DNA of 64,000 nt from Macrostomum lignano (Eukaryota). The notes beneath the pieces were generated by a model. That model did no database searches. It had not been told where the DNA came from and saw nothing but the letters and a program-made list of their open reading frames with translations. Where the stretch lies: NCBI GenBank assembly GCA_002269645.1, contig NIVC01001610.1, positions 124,001 to 188,000 on the forward strand. The letters run 5' to 3'. Of the stretch, positions 46,662 to 60,907 are shown one piece after another; the first letter of the stretch is position 1, and each line of letters starts with the position of its first letter. The position numbers and the translations under genes were made by a program.

Positions 46662-47861
46662 TTAGTCCCCGTGCGACTTGGCAGCCGAAGATGATGTTGC
46701 CGAGTTAGCTTGAGCGGCCAGCAGCCGTCCAGCCAGTCCGACGGTGACCGAGCCGCTAAAGAAGATGCAGGGCAGCCAGGCCCGGACTCGGACAAAATCT
46801 ACACTAGGCCGGTAGGCATCCAGACAAATCATCATCTGATTGACAGCCGCGGCTAGCAGAGCGATGACAAGGGCCAGGCCTAGGCCGGATCTGGAGCCGT
46901 CAAAGTAGAACCAGAGGCCCAGACTCATAGCGGCCAGACACAGGCTGAGCTGAGCGTGCGACATGAAGTCGATCTTGGCGGCCGCCTGGTTCAGACCAAC
47001 AAACAGGGCCGCGCAGCGGATGACGGAGCTCCAGTCGGTGCGCTGAGCCACTGTCGGATCGCCGAGCAGCCGGTCCACGGTGGGGTACAGCAGGCCGATT
47101 GCCACTGGGGCGGGTATTGAGGGAATGCGGCTGAGTTTACCTATAATGGAATACTGAGCTCGAGGATAAGGCAGGTTTCAGGGCATAACTTGGGGATCTG
47201 GGTGATGACAGCATAACTTGGGGATCTGGGAGTGATGACAGCATAACCTGGGGATCTGGGAGTGATGACAACATAACCTGGGGATCTGGGAGTGATGACA
47301 ACATAACCTGGGGATCTGGGAGTGATGACAGCATAACCTGGAGATCTGGGAGTGATGACAGCCTAACCTGGGGATCTGGGAGTGTTGACAGCCTAACCTG
47401 GGGATCTGGGAGTGTTGAAAGCATAACCTGGCGATCTGGGAGTGATGACAGCATAACCTGGGGATCTGGGAGTGTTGACAGCCTAACCTAGGGATCTGGG
47501 AGTGTTGAAAGCATAACCTGGCGATCTGGGAGGTTTGATAAAGCCAAATCTTTCTAAAGTTGGTGGCACAGCCTAAGAATGTTGGTAGACGGCTAGTTTA
47601 GAATCTTTAAGAATCTTAAAGGAGGGGCGGTATCTGTTGCTCCAATTGTGATAGGTCACTATAAACAATGACGAGTGGATTCCTACCTGCAGAAAGGCCG
47701 CAGGCAGGTGGCACCCACATGCCAGACTTGACCATACCAAGCCACATTTCCGATGTGATTAACACCTGATTTTTTTGCGCCTGCATCAGGTTGATAAGCA
47801 GGCTGACGCCAACGCCAAATAGGAATAGCATGGCAACCCGAAGTGCTACATGCACTGCCAT
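46662..47861 (-). CDS. INSIG: Insulin-induced gene protein (INSIG), 2 coding exons
   Basis: Exons 47861-47687 and 47104-46662. WVPPACG, GLLYP, WSSVIRC..FVGLNQAAAK, GLWFYFDGSRSGLG and WLPCIFFSGSVTVG match human INSIG1/2, including the D205-equivalent Asp. Confidence 0.93.
47170..47530. repeat. 30-bp minisatellite in the INSIG intron
   Basis: Unit gcataacctggggatctgggagtgatgaca. Confidence 0.95.
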
Positions 47862-50416
47862 ATCAATAATTTTTATGAAGCTAGCAAAAAAAATCCAGCA
47901 AGAAATTAGTGCGCAACAGAAATGAAATTTTAAATTCTTTGGGTGAATTTGAAATCATGTTATATTATGCTTAAAACAATTTTTTCTGAACCACATTTGC
48001 ATAGTTTCCCTCCAGTAAATTGAAAGATCTGCACTAGGACTTGTGCTTATATATTATGTACAAGCTGCTGAAACCCGCGGATTTTAAACACACTGAATTC
48101 CAATCGCAGGAACTATGTTTGCCTGCATTCTGGAATCTGAAGCCGTATTTAAACAAAAACTTGTTAATAGTTGGGACAGAGGCAGACAAAAGTTAAAGTT
48201 AATTTGTGTTATGTGTGAGGCAAGCATTGATCTCGTTGGCTGGGGGGCCACACAGAATGACAGACGAATTCTGTCTAAAGCATGCGTTGGTAAACTCTGG
48301 GCTGTCTCTCTCTATCCCTTGGATCCTTTGAAACTTCTCTCTTTTCTCTTCCCACTTCTCACTCTAGTAACTCTTCTCTTTTTCCCACTTATCTGCTTTC
48401 CCCTCTCCTCTCTACTTTCTTCTGCTCTCTCATCTCTCTTCTATCTACTCTCTCTTGTTTCTCCCCTCTTCTCTTTCCTCTCCTCTTCCCTTTTCTATCC
48501 CTTCCTCTCTTCTCTCATCTCGCTCCTCTCCTCTCTCTTCACTCCCCTCTTTTCTCTTCTATCCTTTCTCTCATCACATCTTTCATCTTTACTCTTCTTT
48601 TATCTTTCATCTTCTATTTCCTCTCCTTTCCACTCTCATCTGGCTCAAAGCCATGAGCTGGATTCTTTATCTGGTCTTTGAGGCAGAAAATACCTACTTT
48701 ATTGCTTAAGATAGGAGAGAAGATTGGATTGATGAGGGAGAGGAGCAAAGGGGAGAGGAGGGGAGAGAAGAGAGGAGAGAGCTAAAGAGACACCAACCCT
48801 GCTAATATGAAGGTTCAAAGGACTCCAGGGCTAGATAAAGAGGCTTTGCTGGCTGCATGTGGCTAGCAAGGCAGAGTTAATGATCCCTGTTTTAGAGAGA
48901 TATCAATACTGGAAGGCAAACTTCACATTTTATAGTTTCTGTTTTGATTAAGGTATAGAGTCAATGTTAACTTATTTACTAATTAATTATATTAACATTT
49001 GACTAATAAAAGTTAGTAATTTTTAAAATCCATTTTTACCAAGGCTAGATTAGGAAGGAAAGAGATGCAGATGGAGGTTGGGTTATTGTCTTGCTAAAAA
49101 AGCAGATTAACTTTAACAGTACATTGTGCCATTTAGGATTAACTAAATTGTGATAAGATTATATCAAAATATTTGAAGATTATTTGGGTCAAACTTGAAC
49201 AGGATTGACAAAAGTTAAGCAATATTTATATAGAGGATTCAGTGAATTTTTTTTGTTTTTTTTTGTATTTTTAGAATTTTAGATTAAAAAATTTAAGATA
49301 GTCTATAATAATCTCTTTAAATATGCAGGCCAATGAATATTCAGATGTATCATTTGCATAACAAATATACTTCATTTAAGAATCAAGATGACAAGAACAA
49401 ACCTAACAAATTTACAAAAAGTTAGACTAATGCCATTTGTGTATTTTCAACTTTTTTTGGTCTTGTTAAACAATAAAAAAATAACTAGAAAATGAAATTT
49501 CATGGCACAACTTTATAAAATATAAGTTATCTATAACAAATCAATATGTTGTATATGCTAAACTTAAAGAATAATAATTTAATAAATAATTAATAGTAGG
49601 CCTAATTAATTATGCGTGCAGCTACCCTAATGGGTAGATATAAGATATGCAACTAACAGCTCAGTATTAATGAAAAGTAATCTTTGTTCTTTATTGCCTT
49701 AGAGCTAAGCTAGATCAAATAATCTTTGATTATAAACTACAAAAATACTTTTCTTATTTTTTATTAATTTTTTTCCAAGAAATTTGTTTCCAAAATTATA
49801 TGATCTTTGAGTTTTATATTCTATTATTAATAGTGGTACTTGATTTTAAGTTCTTATATATTCACAATGCTATTATTTTTATTATATAAAATATAATAAA
49901 ATATTTTTTACTTTTTATATTTTAATCAGAATTATATCAAGTGATATATATGCATATCAATGCTTATTAGTCCTAATACATATTATATCTAAAATTAGAC
50001 CTTGATTTGGCTTTGTTTAGATTTATAAAATGTTTTTTCTAGTTTTAATGTATGGTATATACTATTACTCTATAATTATAGATTTATTATTAATAAAAGA
50101 GATTAATATTAGTTCTTACATATACATAGGCCTACACTAGGCCTATCAGTATCACTACACAGATCATACACAGATCACACTTATCCACTTATGTTATGAG
50201 TTTTACATCCTGTTAGCTGTTATTTATACATTGATCTAGGACACAGGTCATCACTAAAGCTTGCAAATAACACACCCAGATAAAAAAGTTTTCAAAAAAT
50301 GTTCTATAAAATTAAAAAGTCAAATGTGCATGTGACTGAGCCACTAATACCACAGTGTCTACTATCATACAGTACAGTGATACAATCAATCAGTCCCTCA
50401 CTGCAAAAATTATGGG

Positions 50417-51047
50417 CGGGCCCGAGTTAGGCCTACGCAAATATTAAACTTACGCGAAAATAGATTTCATAGAAAATATTTTAAAACAAGTGCTTCAATT
50501 CTTTTTATATCTACGGTGCAGACTAATTGATATATGCCTACAGTTTTTGACAACTAAAAACTTACGAAAAAGTCAAAAGTTTAATATTTTACGCAATAAT
50601 CGGCATCAAATATAAGTTATTCAATAAGCCTAATTAGCAAAGTGAAAATGAACCAATGATTCAATAAATTAATTTTTTTATTTGTCACTTTTGAAACATT
50701 TGGGCCACCTTATTTATTTAACTTTTAACATGGTGTTTGTACAACTAGAAAATTAAAGTATTTTCAAGGTGCTTCTTGCGCACGTTGTAAGACTGAAATC
50801 AGCGCTTTGGAATTTTCCGTTGCAGGTGCAGCTCGCGTAGTTCGACGGCACGGGTTATCTAAATTTTATAATGAGTATGACCCTTAATCTAACCTTTACA
50901 ATTTACGTTAGGCCTAGTCATATACGTGCGATCTGCGTATGAAATTTTCCACTCGGAAATGTTCCGTCCGTTTGAGAAATTGTGTGCTCTTAAGCCCTTT
51001 TAGACTTAGGCCTATTGCCATTGGCCAAATTTAATTCACATATGGCG
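50417..51047. promoter_or_regulatory. CpG-retaining island, candidate bidirectional promoter for INSIG and PYCR-a
   Basis: About 25 CpGs between two almost CpG-free flanks, midway between divergent genes; function is inferred. Confidence 0.4.
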
Positions 51048-52999
51048 CCTATCCTATGATATGACCTATATATACTAGGCCTATATGCCTATTATATTCA
51101 ATATTTAGCATTAAGCAAGCATAAGACCTACACAACTCTGTATGTGAGTCATGTGAGTTACTTATGTGCTTTTGACCTAGGGCTAGAACTAATAATTGTA
51201 AGTTGTAACTTGCTTTTTGACCTTGGCTTAATTAATTAATATTTTAGCCAATTTATCTGGACAAAAAACTATTTATATTTATAGTAGTAAATTACAATTG
51301 TGTAAAGCAAGCCTGGCACTTGCCCTTATACATGTATATCAGCCAATAAATTAAGTAATTATACTAATACCATGGCTAAGACCCCCAAGGGCTCTAGCCA
51401 AAGTCATATTCAAGATTGTCATATGCAAGTTTACAAGTAAAACAACTAAATTGTCTAAATCCTCATTGCCTCAGCATTAGACAATGCTACATTTAATAAA
51501 TCATCATTATTACAAATGGTTTGATAACTCTATAATTAGAAATATATATATTTTTAAACTTTAGTAAAGATATTATTCTTTGGCTTAGGCCTAGCTATTG
51601 CATTTTGAAGAAATTTTTTTAAATTTGTTATATTCAAATGTTAGTCTTATGGATTAGCCAAGTTTTCATCATCAAATGGCAATTTCAACTATATCCTAGT
51701 CAAGCCATAGCCTTGCCTACCTAACCATAGCTTATTTGTTTTAAGAAAATGACTTATAAACATTATGGCTATGCCTATAATAGTATTAATATATTTATTT
51801 GAGATTTTAAACCAAATTTGGATATTTAAAAATATATAGGCCTATATTTGTTTTTTTAGGTCTAGTTAAGCCCCTTATAGTATAACTAGCCTAAGTGTTA
51901 ATATAGTTTTTGTTAAGTAGTAACAAATTAGCCAAAGTGGGATTTTTAGGCTAAGAGTATAATTTCTCTTTTTTTCTTATTTAAAGTAGTACAAATAAAG
52001 CTTGAAAAGAAAAATAAGTTATGAGACTAGACTTAAACCATATCTACTTTTTTAATTTCAAGGTATAATTTCAAAATTTAGGATGCATATGTACACTCTG
52101 CATACAAAAACCTCTACTTTAACTATAATTTTCTTATATCTATATTCATTTCTATAGACTAGACTAGCTAAGTCATTTTATATAGATATACTAGGATATA
52201 CTAGGCCTCTTTTTTAGGCAAAAGTCTAAGAAACTAAAATGTTGATTTTGAGTTTTCTCTATTTAATTGTTGTCAAGCTAGCAACCCTACTGGAACTTTT
52301 AATGATATTAAATCTAATAACAATAGTTTTTCCATTTTTTATTGAGCTTATAATCTAGGTTTTGTGGATATCAAGATCCAACATTGCATCCAAGGTCCAA
52401 TTTTAGGATATAATTTAAATAGTCAAAATATTATATAATATCTATCTATATTGCATGAAAAACTTAGCCTAGGTTTTTTGCAGCTAGTGCTAAGATACAA
52501 AGTTGCATCTAAGGTCTAATTTGAAGATGCAATTTTGCTAGTCAAGATAGTATAGCATCTTTATTGCACAAAAAAATAAACCCAGCTTATAATATATTGA
52601 TAGAGTTAATAGTAGGGCTTAATAGTCAGGCCTTAGTTTAACCAATTACTTATTAATAGTATCTAAAATAATTATTATAAAGATTGTATATTATCTTAAA
52701 TTAGCCTACTATGAGTATCTCAATTATAAAATATATATATGCTAGTAAAAAAATCTTTAGAGTTCTCTTATAATGAAAAATTTTCCTATAAGCTTAGCTA
52801 GTAAATTTTCTATAACTTCTTTTGTATTTTTTCCTTTATTTTCTTGCAAGAAATAAGGAATAGCAGCAATAGCTTTCTTGCAAATGCTATTAACTAGTAA
52901 TACTTGGCAAGATTGTTATAGATAGGGCATAGAGTCTCTTATTGCTAGCATAGCTCCTAGAATATAGCTACAAAAAGTGTATATGTGTGGCACCAAATG

Positions 53000-53640
53000 C
53001 CTTTTGACTATTTTTTCCTTTCTTTCTCTTTCTTTTTAGCTCACTTTCTTTTATCTCCCTTCTTTTCTCCCCTCCTTTTTCCTTTCTCTTTCTCTTTTCC
53101 TCTTTTTCTCCATTCTCTTCTTTTTTCCCTTTCTCCTTTCCCCTTTCTCCTTTCCCATTTCTCCTTTCCCCTTTCTCCTTTCCCATTTCTCCTTTCCCAT
53201 TTCTCCTTTCCCCTTTCTCCTTTCCCCTTTCTCCTTTCCCCTTTCTCCTTTTCCCCTTTCTCCTTTCCCCTTTCTCCTTTTCCCCTTTCTCCTTTTCCCC
53301 TTTCTCCTTTCCCCTTTCTCCTTTCCCCTTTCTCCTTTCCCATTTCTCCTTTCCCCTTTCTCCTTTCCCCTTTCTCCTTTTCCCCTTTCTCCTTTTCCCC
53401 TTTCTCCTCTTTTCCCTCTTTCCTTTTCCCTCTTTCTTCTTTCCCTTCTTTCCTCTTTCCCCTTCTCTTTTGACTATCTACCTTTCTTTTCCCTTTTTCC
53501 TCTCTTCTTTCCTCTCTTTTTTTCTCTCTTTCTCTTTCTTTTGCATCTCTTCTTTTGTCTCTCTCCTTTTTTTCTTTCTTTTCTTCTTTTCCTCTTTCTT
53601 CTCCTCTTTCTCATTTTCTTCTCTCCTTCTCCTCTCTTAT
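53000..53640. repeat. Polypyrimidine (CT-rich) low-complexity tract
   Basis: Direct observation; a similar tract lies at 48300-48700. Confidence 0.9.
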
Positions 53641-54533
53641 AATTATAATGTTAAGTAACTCAAGTAATGGAATTTCCAATTCTTACTGAGATCTTATTAA
53701 GAGTTGTATCCTACTTATCAGTTGGTTCCGAAAAAGATTAGGCAATAGAAGCCTCTTGACTTGTTTTCTATCTAGAATTTTTTGATGGTGGCAAATGCCA
53801 GATGGCTTCTTCATTGGCTTTGTTTCATAATTTAAGCCTTATTATCCCAATTACAATATGCATATTGTATTGCAGCAAAAATCTTTTTTTTGTTTGCTTC
53901 TACCCTAGGAGCTTAAGAGTCTCCCCCACATTGAAAGTGAAAACATTTATCTTATCATTAGCCCCTACCATCCCTATTACACAATGGGCATTTAGCATAA
54001 AAAATCTTTGAAAGTGGCAATATTCATTAATTTCTAATACTTTCTACTGTTCTATTTCCATATATCAATTCAATTGTTCCAATGGTCTTTCAAGTCTCAC
54101 ATCTAAGTTATTGAGTGGCCTAAAAATGGGAACTAAATATGGGATATCCCTATCTGTACATTATGTCTATAAGCATAAGCCACCATATCTATAACTTTCC
54201 ATTGCCATATCCATAGCAACAGCAAAACTCTAGGATTTTACTTTTCTCAATTTGATTAAATTTGTGCTTTTATTTTATCTTCAAGGCACATACATACACT
54301 TTTATTTGTTCTACCTTCTTTCTTGTACATTATAGCAGGCAACTACAGTAGTTATTATTATAACAATTTTCCAACATGATTGAAATACCTTGAAATAATT
54401 TGCCATTAAAGACAATCATTGTCAATCATTCAATTGAATCAATCATCGAACTGTTAATGTTTCTCATTTTTCAGAGCTTTTCAGCTTTATAACTATTTTA
54501 TGATCAAAAGTATCTGTCACTGAATTGAACAAA

Positions 54534-57500
54534 ATGCGCATCGGTTTTGTTGGTGCTGGACGTATGGCTCAAGCCATCGCCAAGGGCTTCACTAGTCGAG
54601 GTAAATTAAGGAGTTCATATTTATTGATATTCCTAACTTGCAATACATTTTTCAATAGCTTTGAGCTAATCCCAACCAATTTAATTGCCAATTTCTGCCA
54701 GGCATCATTAAGTCAAGAAATATCTGGGCCAGCGACCGTGCAGAGAAAACTCTGGAGAGGATTTCTACAGTAAGTTTAAGGTTTTGCTCTATTTTCAATG
54801 GTAAATTAAAGTGTTGAGTGTGTAGTGCGGGCTAATAGATTTCCACAGCTTTTCAAGACTACCAATAAATTCAATGATTCAATTGAAAAAAACACTGAAT
54901 TTCAATACAAATTTCACATACATACGAGTATATGTATTACTCCTCAATTATTATTCACATAATCGTCAGCACCAAGTTTTTGTTCAATGTTAAGTTCCGC
55001 AGTTTTATGATTTGTTAAACTGACTCGTCGCCTGTAGGAGCTCCGCATCAACGTGACGCACGACAACCGCGAGGTCGTGGAGCACAGCGACATTCTTGTG
55101 CTGTCGGTAAAGCCGCAGGTGATGGACACAGTGCTAGCTGAGCTGTCAGACCTGACCGACCCCTCCAAGCTGGTGGTGTCCGTGGCCGCAGGCGTCACCC
55201 TGGACCACCTGCAGAGCCGTCTGCTGCCAGACAGCCGGGTGATCCGGCTGATGCCGAACACGCCGATTCTGGCTAACGCTGGCGCTTCCGTTTATTGCGT
55301 TGGTAAGGCAACGAAGCCGGAGGACGGGCCGCTGATTGAGGCGCTGTTCAAATCTGTTGGCACCTGCGACTACCTGCCTGAGAACCTGATGGACGCTGCT
55401 ACAGGTCTGAGCGGGTCCGGTCCAGCGTTCATCTTTGAGGCCATCGACGCCATGACCAGTGCAGGTGTACAAATGGGCCTGCCTCTGTGAGTAGATTGCT
55501 TTGTCCGTTTCTTCTTTTATTGTCCTGGTTATAGTTAATGCTTAGCATGGTCATCAGTTCTATTGCTAGCTTACTATACTAGGGGTAGCATTCTAGTGTA
55601 CAAGTGGTTGTATCCACCAGTAGGGGTTGTAGCCTAGTGGTCAGAGCGTCGGACTCCGACTGAAAGGTCGTGGGTTCGATTCTTGACCCACGTCGAAACA
55701 ATCTGTGTCCTTGAGCAAGACACTTAACTCTGCATTGCTTCAGTTTACCCAGCTGTAAAATGGGTGCCAGCATTAGCTGGGGTAATTGAGGGTGTGTGTG
55801 GCGCCCCCCCCCCCGCCCTTGAACTGAACAGCCGTACGCAGCCTTCAGATGCGCCGCGCATTAGCTGCGGCTGAGCTGTCGGTTGTACATCTGTCCATTT
55901 AGGCAGGTGCCTTCAAAAATAAGAATAACAAATATTGATAATATTATTACTATTACTTACTCCACTAGCCAATTGTGAACACTGTTATTTTTAGTTTTAA
56001 TCAGCTATCTGTAAACACGATTGAAGCGACTGAGTCAGTTACAGCTGGTCGGAGTCATGCCAAAGCAATAAACTAAGCGCTTTATGCATAAAAGATAAGA
56101 AGTAGGAAAGCTTTGCCTAACATCAAGGTGTAGGTAGGTCAGCCTTTCAAGTCATATTAGGGCATTATAGATAGCACTCAGTATTTTGTGATATACCGGT
56201 AGATTACTGTAATCTGCTTTCTATGGTTCTGTAACTAGGTTTAGTAAGCCAGTTCGCAAGACGCATGCATGCGGTTTTGTTCATACTTACGGTAGCTGTT
56301 CACAGCGGCACAGTTGGTTGTAATTGACGCTACCTATGCAAGATAGTCACCGATCGAGGGTTAATCTTGATGAATCCTGGGTAGTGAATTTTTTGTTGCC
56401 GCAAGAGTGTCATAGCGGCTACGTTTTATAGCATATTTATTGTATTGAGTTTATTGTATTTAGTGTTTGTACTGACAATTGCTTACTTCAAATAGCTCAC
56501 AGGGGGCATTAAGCACATTTGTAAATCAAAGGAGGGTTTCATATCCAAAAATCAGCTTCTTTCACAACCCCGACACTTCACATCTCCGATACTTCACCTC
56601 TGGGACACTTCGTATCTCCTACACTTCACATCTCCGACACTTTACATCTCTGACACTACATCTCTGACACTTTACATCTCAGACACTTTACATAATTGAC
56701 ACTTTACATCTCCGACACTTTACATCTCTGACACTACATCTCAGACACTTTACATCTCAGACACTTTACATCTCCGACACTTTACATCTCTGACACTACA
56801 TCTCTGACACTTTACATCTCTGACACTTTACATCTCTGACACTTTACATCTCCGACACTTTACATCTCTGACACTACATCTCTGACACTTTACATCTCTG
56901 CGCTTTACATCTCAGACACTTTACATCTCCGACACTTTACATCTCTGACACTACATCTCTGACACTTTACATCTCTGCGCTTTACATCTCAGACACTTTA
57001 CATCTCCGACACTTTACATCTCAGACACTTTACATCTCAGACACTTTACATCTCCGACACTTTACATCTCCGACACTTTACATCTCAGACACTTTACATC
57101 TCCGACACTTTACATCTCCGACACTTTACATCTCAGACACTTTACATCTCAGACACTTTACATCTCAGACACTTTACATCTCCGACACTTTACATCTCAG
57201 ACACTTTACATCTCTGACACTTTACATCTCTGCGCTTTACATCTCAGACACTTTACATCTCTGACACTTTACATCTCTGACACTACATCTCTGACACTTT
57301 ACATCTCTGCGCTTTACATCTCAGACACTTTACATCTCCGACACTTTACATCTCAGACACTTTACATCTCAGACACTTTACATCTCCGACACTTTACATC
57401 TCAGACACTTTACATCTCAGACACTTTACATCTCTGACACTTTACATCTCTGACACTACATCTCTGACACTTTACATCTCTGACACTTTACATCTCAGAC

Positions 57501-58503
57501 GCTTTACATCTCCGACACTTTACATCTCTGACACTACATCTCTGACACTTTACATCTCCGACACTTTACATCTCTGACACTTTACATCTCAGACGCTTCA
57601 TATCTCCGACACTTCACATCTCTGACACTTTACATCTCTGACACTTTACATCTCAGACGCTTCATATCTCCGACACTTCACATCTCTGACACTTGACATC
57701 TTCGTTAGGGTTAGGCTTTGGATTAGGGTTAAGCTATTCGGAGATATGAAGTCCATTGCTAAGCTTCTCGTAAATATGAATTGTCGGAGATATGAAAGCA
57801 CCCTATCAAAGTCAGTGAGTAGGAAACTACACACCGCAACATATTTAAATTTTCCACCCCGAAAAGGCGAAAACAGGTGGTCAACAAGTGGCAGCCTTAA
57901 TCCAACTCTACTTGAGTCATATTTCTCCACTTTCTCCTAACCAGCCTAAGCTGGGGCCCTGTGACGCAAACTGCATCCACAGGTGTACACACGCAGTGTC
58001 TTTATCTTGGGCCTGCCTTGTGCACGGAATAGAATCTGAGTACTCCGGCTCAATTTTCATTAACCATTAAGACCGTCCCTCTCACTATGGAACTAAGAAA
58101 GACAATATACTTTAACTGCATACAACTTGGGGGATAACCTGACTTATGGTAGATGTCAGTATTCCATTGCCCATGGATCAGCTTCCCATTCGTCATCATT
58201 GCAATCGACAAAAAAATCAACCGCAGCTCCCTGGCGCAGCGCCTGGTCTGCCAGACTGTCCACGGCGCCGGCCTGCTGGCTCTGCAGTCCGGCCAGAGTC
58301 CGGCCGAGCTCCGTGACGCCATCACCAGTCCGGGCGGCACCACCATTGCCGGCCTATCGGAGCTGGAGGCTCGCGGCTTCAGGGCCGCCCTGTGGCAGGC
58401 GGTGATGACGTCAGCTAAGCGATCGGCCGAACTGGGCTCGGGCATCAATGATCCGGTGAAGCCGGTAGACGATAAGGAGAGCCCGGTTTGCACTATTAAC
58501 TGA
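54534..58503 (+). CDS. PYCR: Pyrroline-5-carboxylate reductase, copy a (4 exons)
   Basis: Exons 54534-54600, 54702-54769, 55038-55486, 58227-58503. IGFVGAGRMA Rossmann motif, [29 protein letters not shown]. Confidence 0.95.
55623..55928 (+). mobile_element. tRNA-derived CORE-like SINE in PYCR-a intron 3
   Basis: A-box TAGCCTAGTGG, B-box GGTTCGATTC, CORE-like tgtgtccttgagcaagacacttaac...ctgtaaaatggg. Confidence 0.85.
56570..57700. repeat. 15-17 bp minisatellite (acactttacatctccg) in PYCR-a intron 3
   Basis: Direct observation. Confidence 0.95.
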
Positions 58504-59494
58504 GATGTAACTATATTCATTATTTATTGTGTCTTCCATTCGCGTGCGTCTAAATCAAAGATATTATGCATAATCTAGTGGATGGACCATTATTAAGCTA
58601 CTTTTTATTCAGTAGTATGTATATTCTCACATAAAATAGTCGCTACATTCTTTACTTGCTACTAACTGAATAGAGAGTAGCTGTGATGTGTTTCATCTAG
58701 CCGCCATCTCTTATAGTCTGGCGGGCTGTTTCCATTAGATAAGTTGACTAGTATTGTCGCATTTTTTTGCAATAAAACAACGTTCCCTTTATATGTTTCT
58801 AAAACAGTATGTTTTCTATTTTTAACGTGACATTCGGTTTCAACACTTGTTTTAGTTGATTTTATATTCGAGATTGGGATTTTTCGTCTTTTTGATTTCT
58901 AATTTGTTAAGCCCAATATTTGCTGCCTTCCATAGCTGTTAATTGATGTGCCACTTTGTACTTTAATTCTGATCAAACTTGATTTTAATTTACAAAATCC
59001 GAGCAATGACCAACAATATTTTTTATGAGGCTTTTCACTACAATAGTTTTTTTCCATGACATTTTGTGCAATTTTACTTGATTATTTTTACTTTGAATTT
59101 GAAATCTTTCAACTGTGCAATATAAAGTTATATTGATTGTTTTAGCCCGTAATATGCCGCTGTTATTGTCAATAACTTTCAATAATAGAAAACAAGATTA
59201 GTCTTTCACTAATAACACTTCTTTATAGCCGTCGCTTTAGTATATAAATGCTAACTAAAGATCAACATTTGTGGAACTCCGCAACTTTCACTGAGCTGAA
59301 TTGTTATTCTTTTGTCTCTTTTTTTCATCACTTTACTAAAGCTTAGTCAAGTGTTCTCTAGTATAAAATTGAACTGTCAATTTAGAGGTAATGTTCACAC
59401 TCCTTGACGTCAATGCTTTGACGGCTTTAGCTCGAATTGCATGATGTTTTGAATCGCATGATTGTAGCAGAGGGTTGCATAGCTCAATGCCTTC

Positions 59495-59935
59495 AAAGGG
59501 TGCCGCTACCCATCAGTGCTTCAAAGAGTGCCGCTACCCCTCAGTGATTCAAAGAGTGCCGCTACCCCTCAATACTTCAAAGTGTGCCGCTACCCCTCAG
59601 TGCTTCAAAGAGTGCCGCTACCCCTCAATACTTCAAAGTGTGCCGCTACCCCTCAGTGCTTCAAAGAGTGCCGCTACCCCTCAATACTTCAAAGTGTGCC
59701 GCTACCCCTCAATACTTCAAAGTGTGCCGCTACCCCTCAATACTTCAAAGTGTGCCGCTACCCCTCAATACTTCAAAGTGTGCCGCTACCCCTCAATACT
59801 TCAAAGTGTGCCGCTACGCCTCAATACTTCAAAGTGTGCCGCTACCCCTCAATACTTCAAAGTGTGTCGCTACCCCTCAATACTTCAAAGAGTGTCGCTA
59901 CCCCTCAGTGCTTCAAAGGGTGCCGCTACTTCCCA
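59495..59935. repeat. 28-bp minisatellite (gccgctacccctcaatacttcaaagtgt)
   Basis: Lies between the two PYCR copies. Confidence 0.95.
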
Positions 59936-60351
59936 ACGCTTCAGTTGGTGACAGTGTGCCTCTTCATAGCCTGTACTGCTGTAAACGCAGTTATTACCAA
60001 AAATATGTTTATTGAGTAGTATCTATAATATATGAAGCTCTAATTTAATTTAGACTATTTATTGGCTCACGATCACCACTATAGCCAGTTGGCTATTATT
60101 ATTTTTCACTTGTATCTCTTAAGTTGTCTAATAGAATAAACAGATATGGAGCACAGTTCAAAGTGTTTTTATTGCACCGCGATTTCGTATTGCACAGATC
60201 AAAGTTCTCTTTGGTAATAATAAATATTCCAGCGCCGCGCATGTGGTTGGCGCGTGACCGATGATAGAAATTAAATAATTAGTTTGCTTAAGTAGCAAGC
60301 CTGACATTTCCTATTGAGCAACTGTTTGCTGACTCAGCTGCCAGCCACGCT

Positions 60352-60675
60352 ATGCGAGTTGGGTTCATTGGCGCGGGCCGCATGGCCCAGGCTATTGCTA
60401 AGGGCTTTACTAGTAAAGGTAAGAGCTTCATTTATTAGTGTAATCTATAATCTCATCATCATCTCAACTCAGCATTAATAATGATAATTAACTCTCACTT
60501 CTATTTCGAGGCGTCGTCAAGGCAACGGATATTTGGGCTAGCGCGATTACGGAGAAAACTCTAACGAAAGTCTCAACGGTGAGGAATTGATTCTTTTTCT
60601 TGTTCAGATGGATAGATACAGAGATAGATATATGTAGATAGAGAGATATATAGATCGATAGATAGATAGATAGAT

Positions 60676-60710
<35 letters not shown>

Positions 60711-60711
60711 G

Positions 60712-60771
<60 letters not shown>

Positions 60772-60863
60772 AAGATAGATAGATAGATAGGTAGATAGAT
60801 AGGTAGATAGATAGATAGATAGGTAGATAGATAGATAGATAGATAGATAGGTAGATAGATAGG

Positions 60864-60907
<44 letters not shown>

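Noticed and set aside
55623-55700. tRNA gene (also 36994-37070 and 17650-17724)
   Set aside because: A/B boxes are present, but the heads run into SINE bodies and lack a complete cloverleaf
57705-57735. Interstitial telomere
   Set aside because: Only a few degenerate TTAGGG units, too short to support the call
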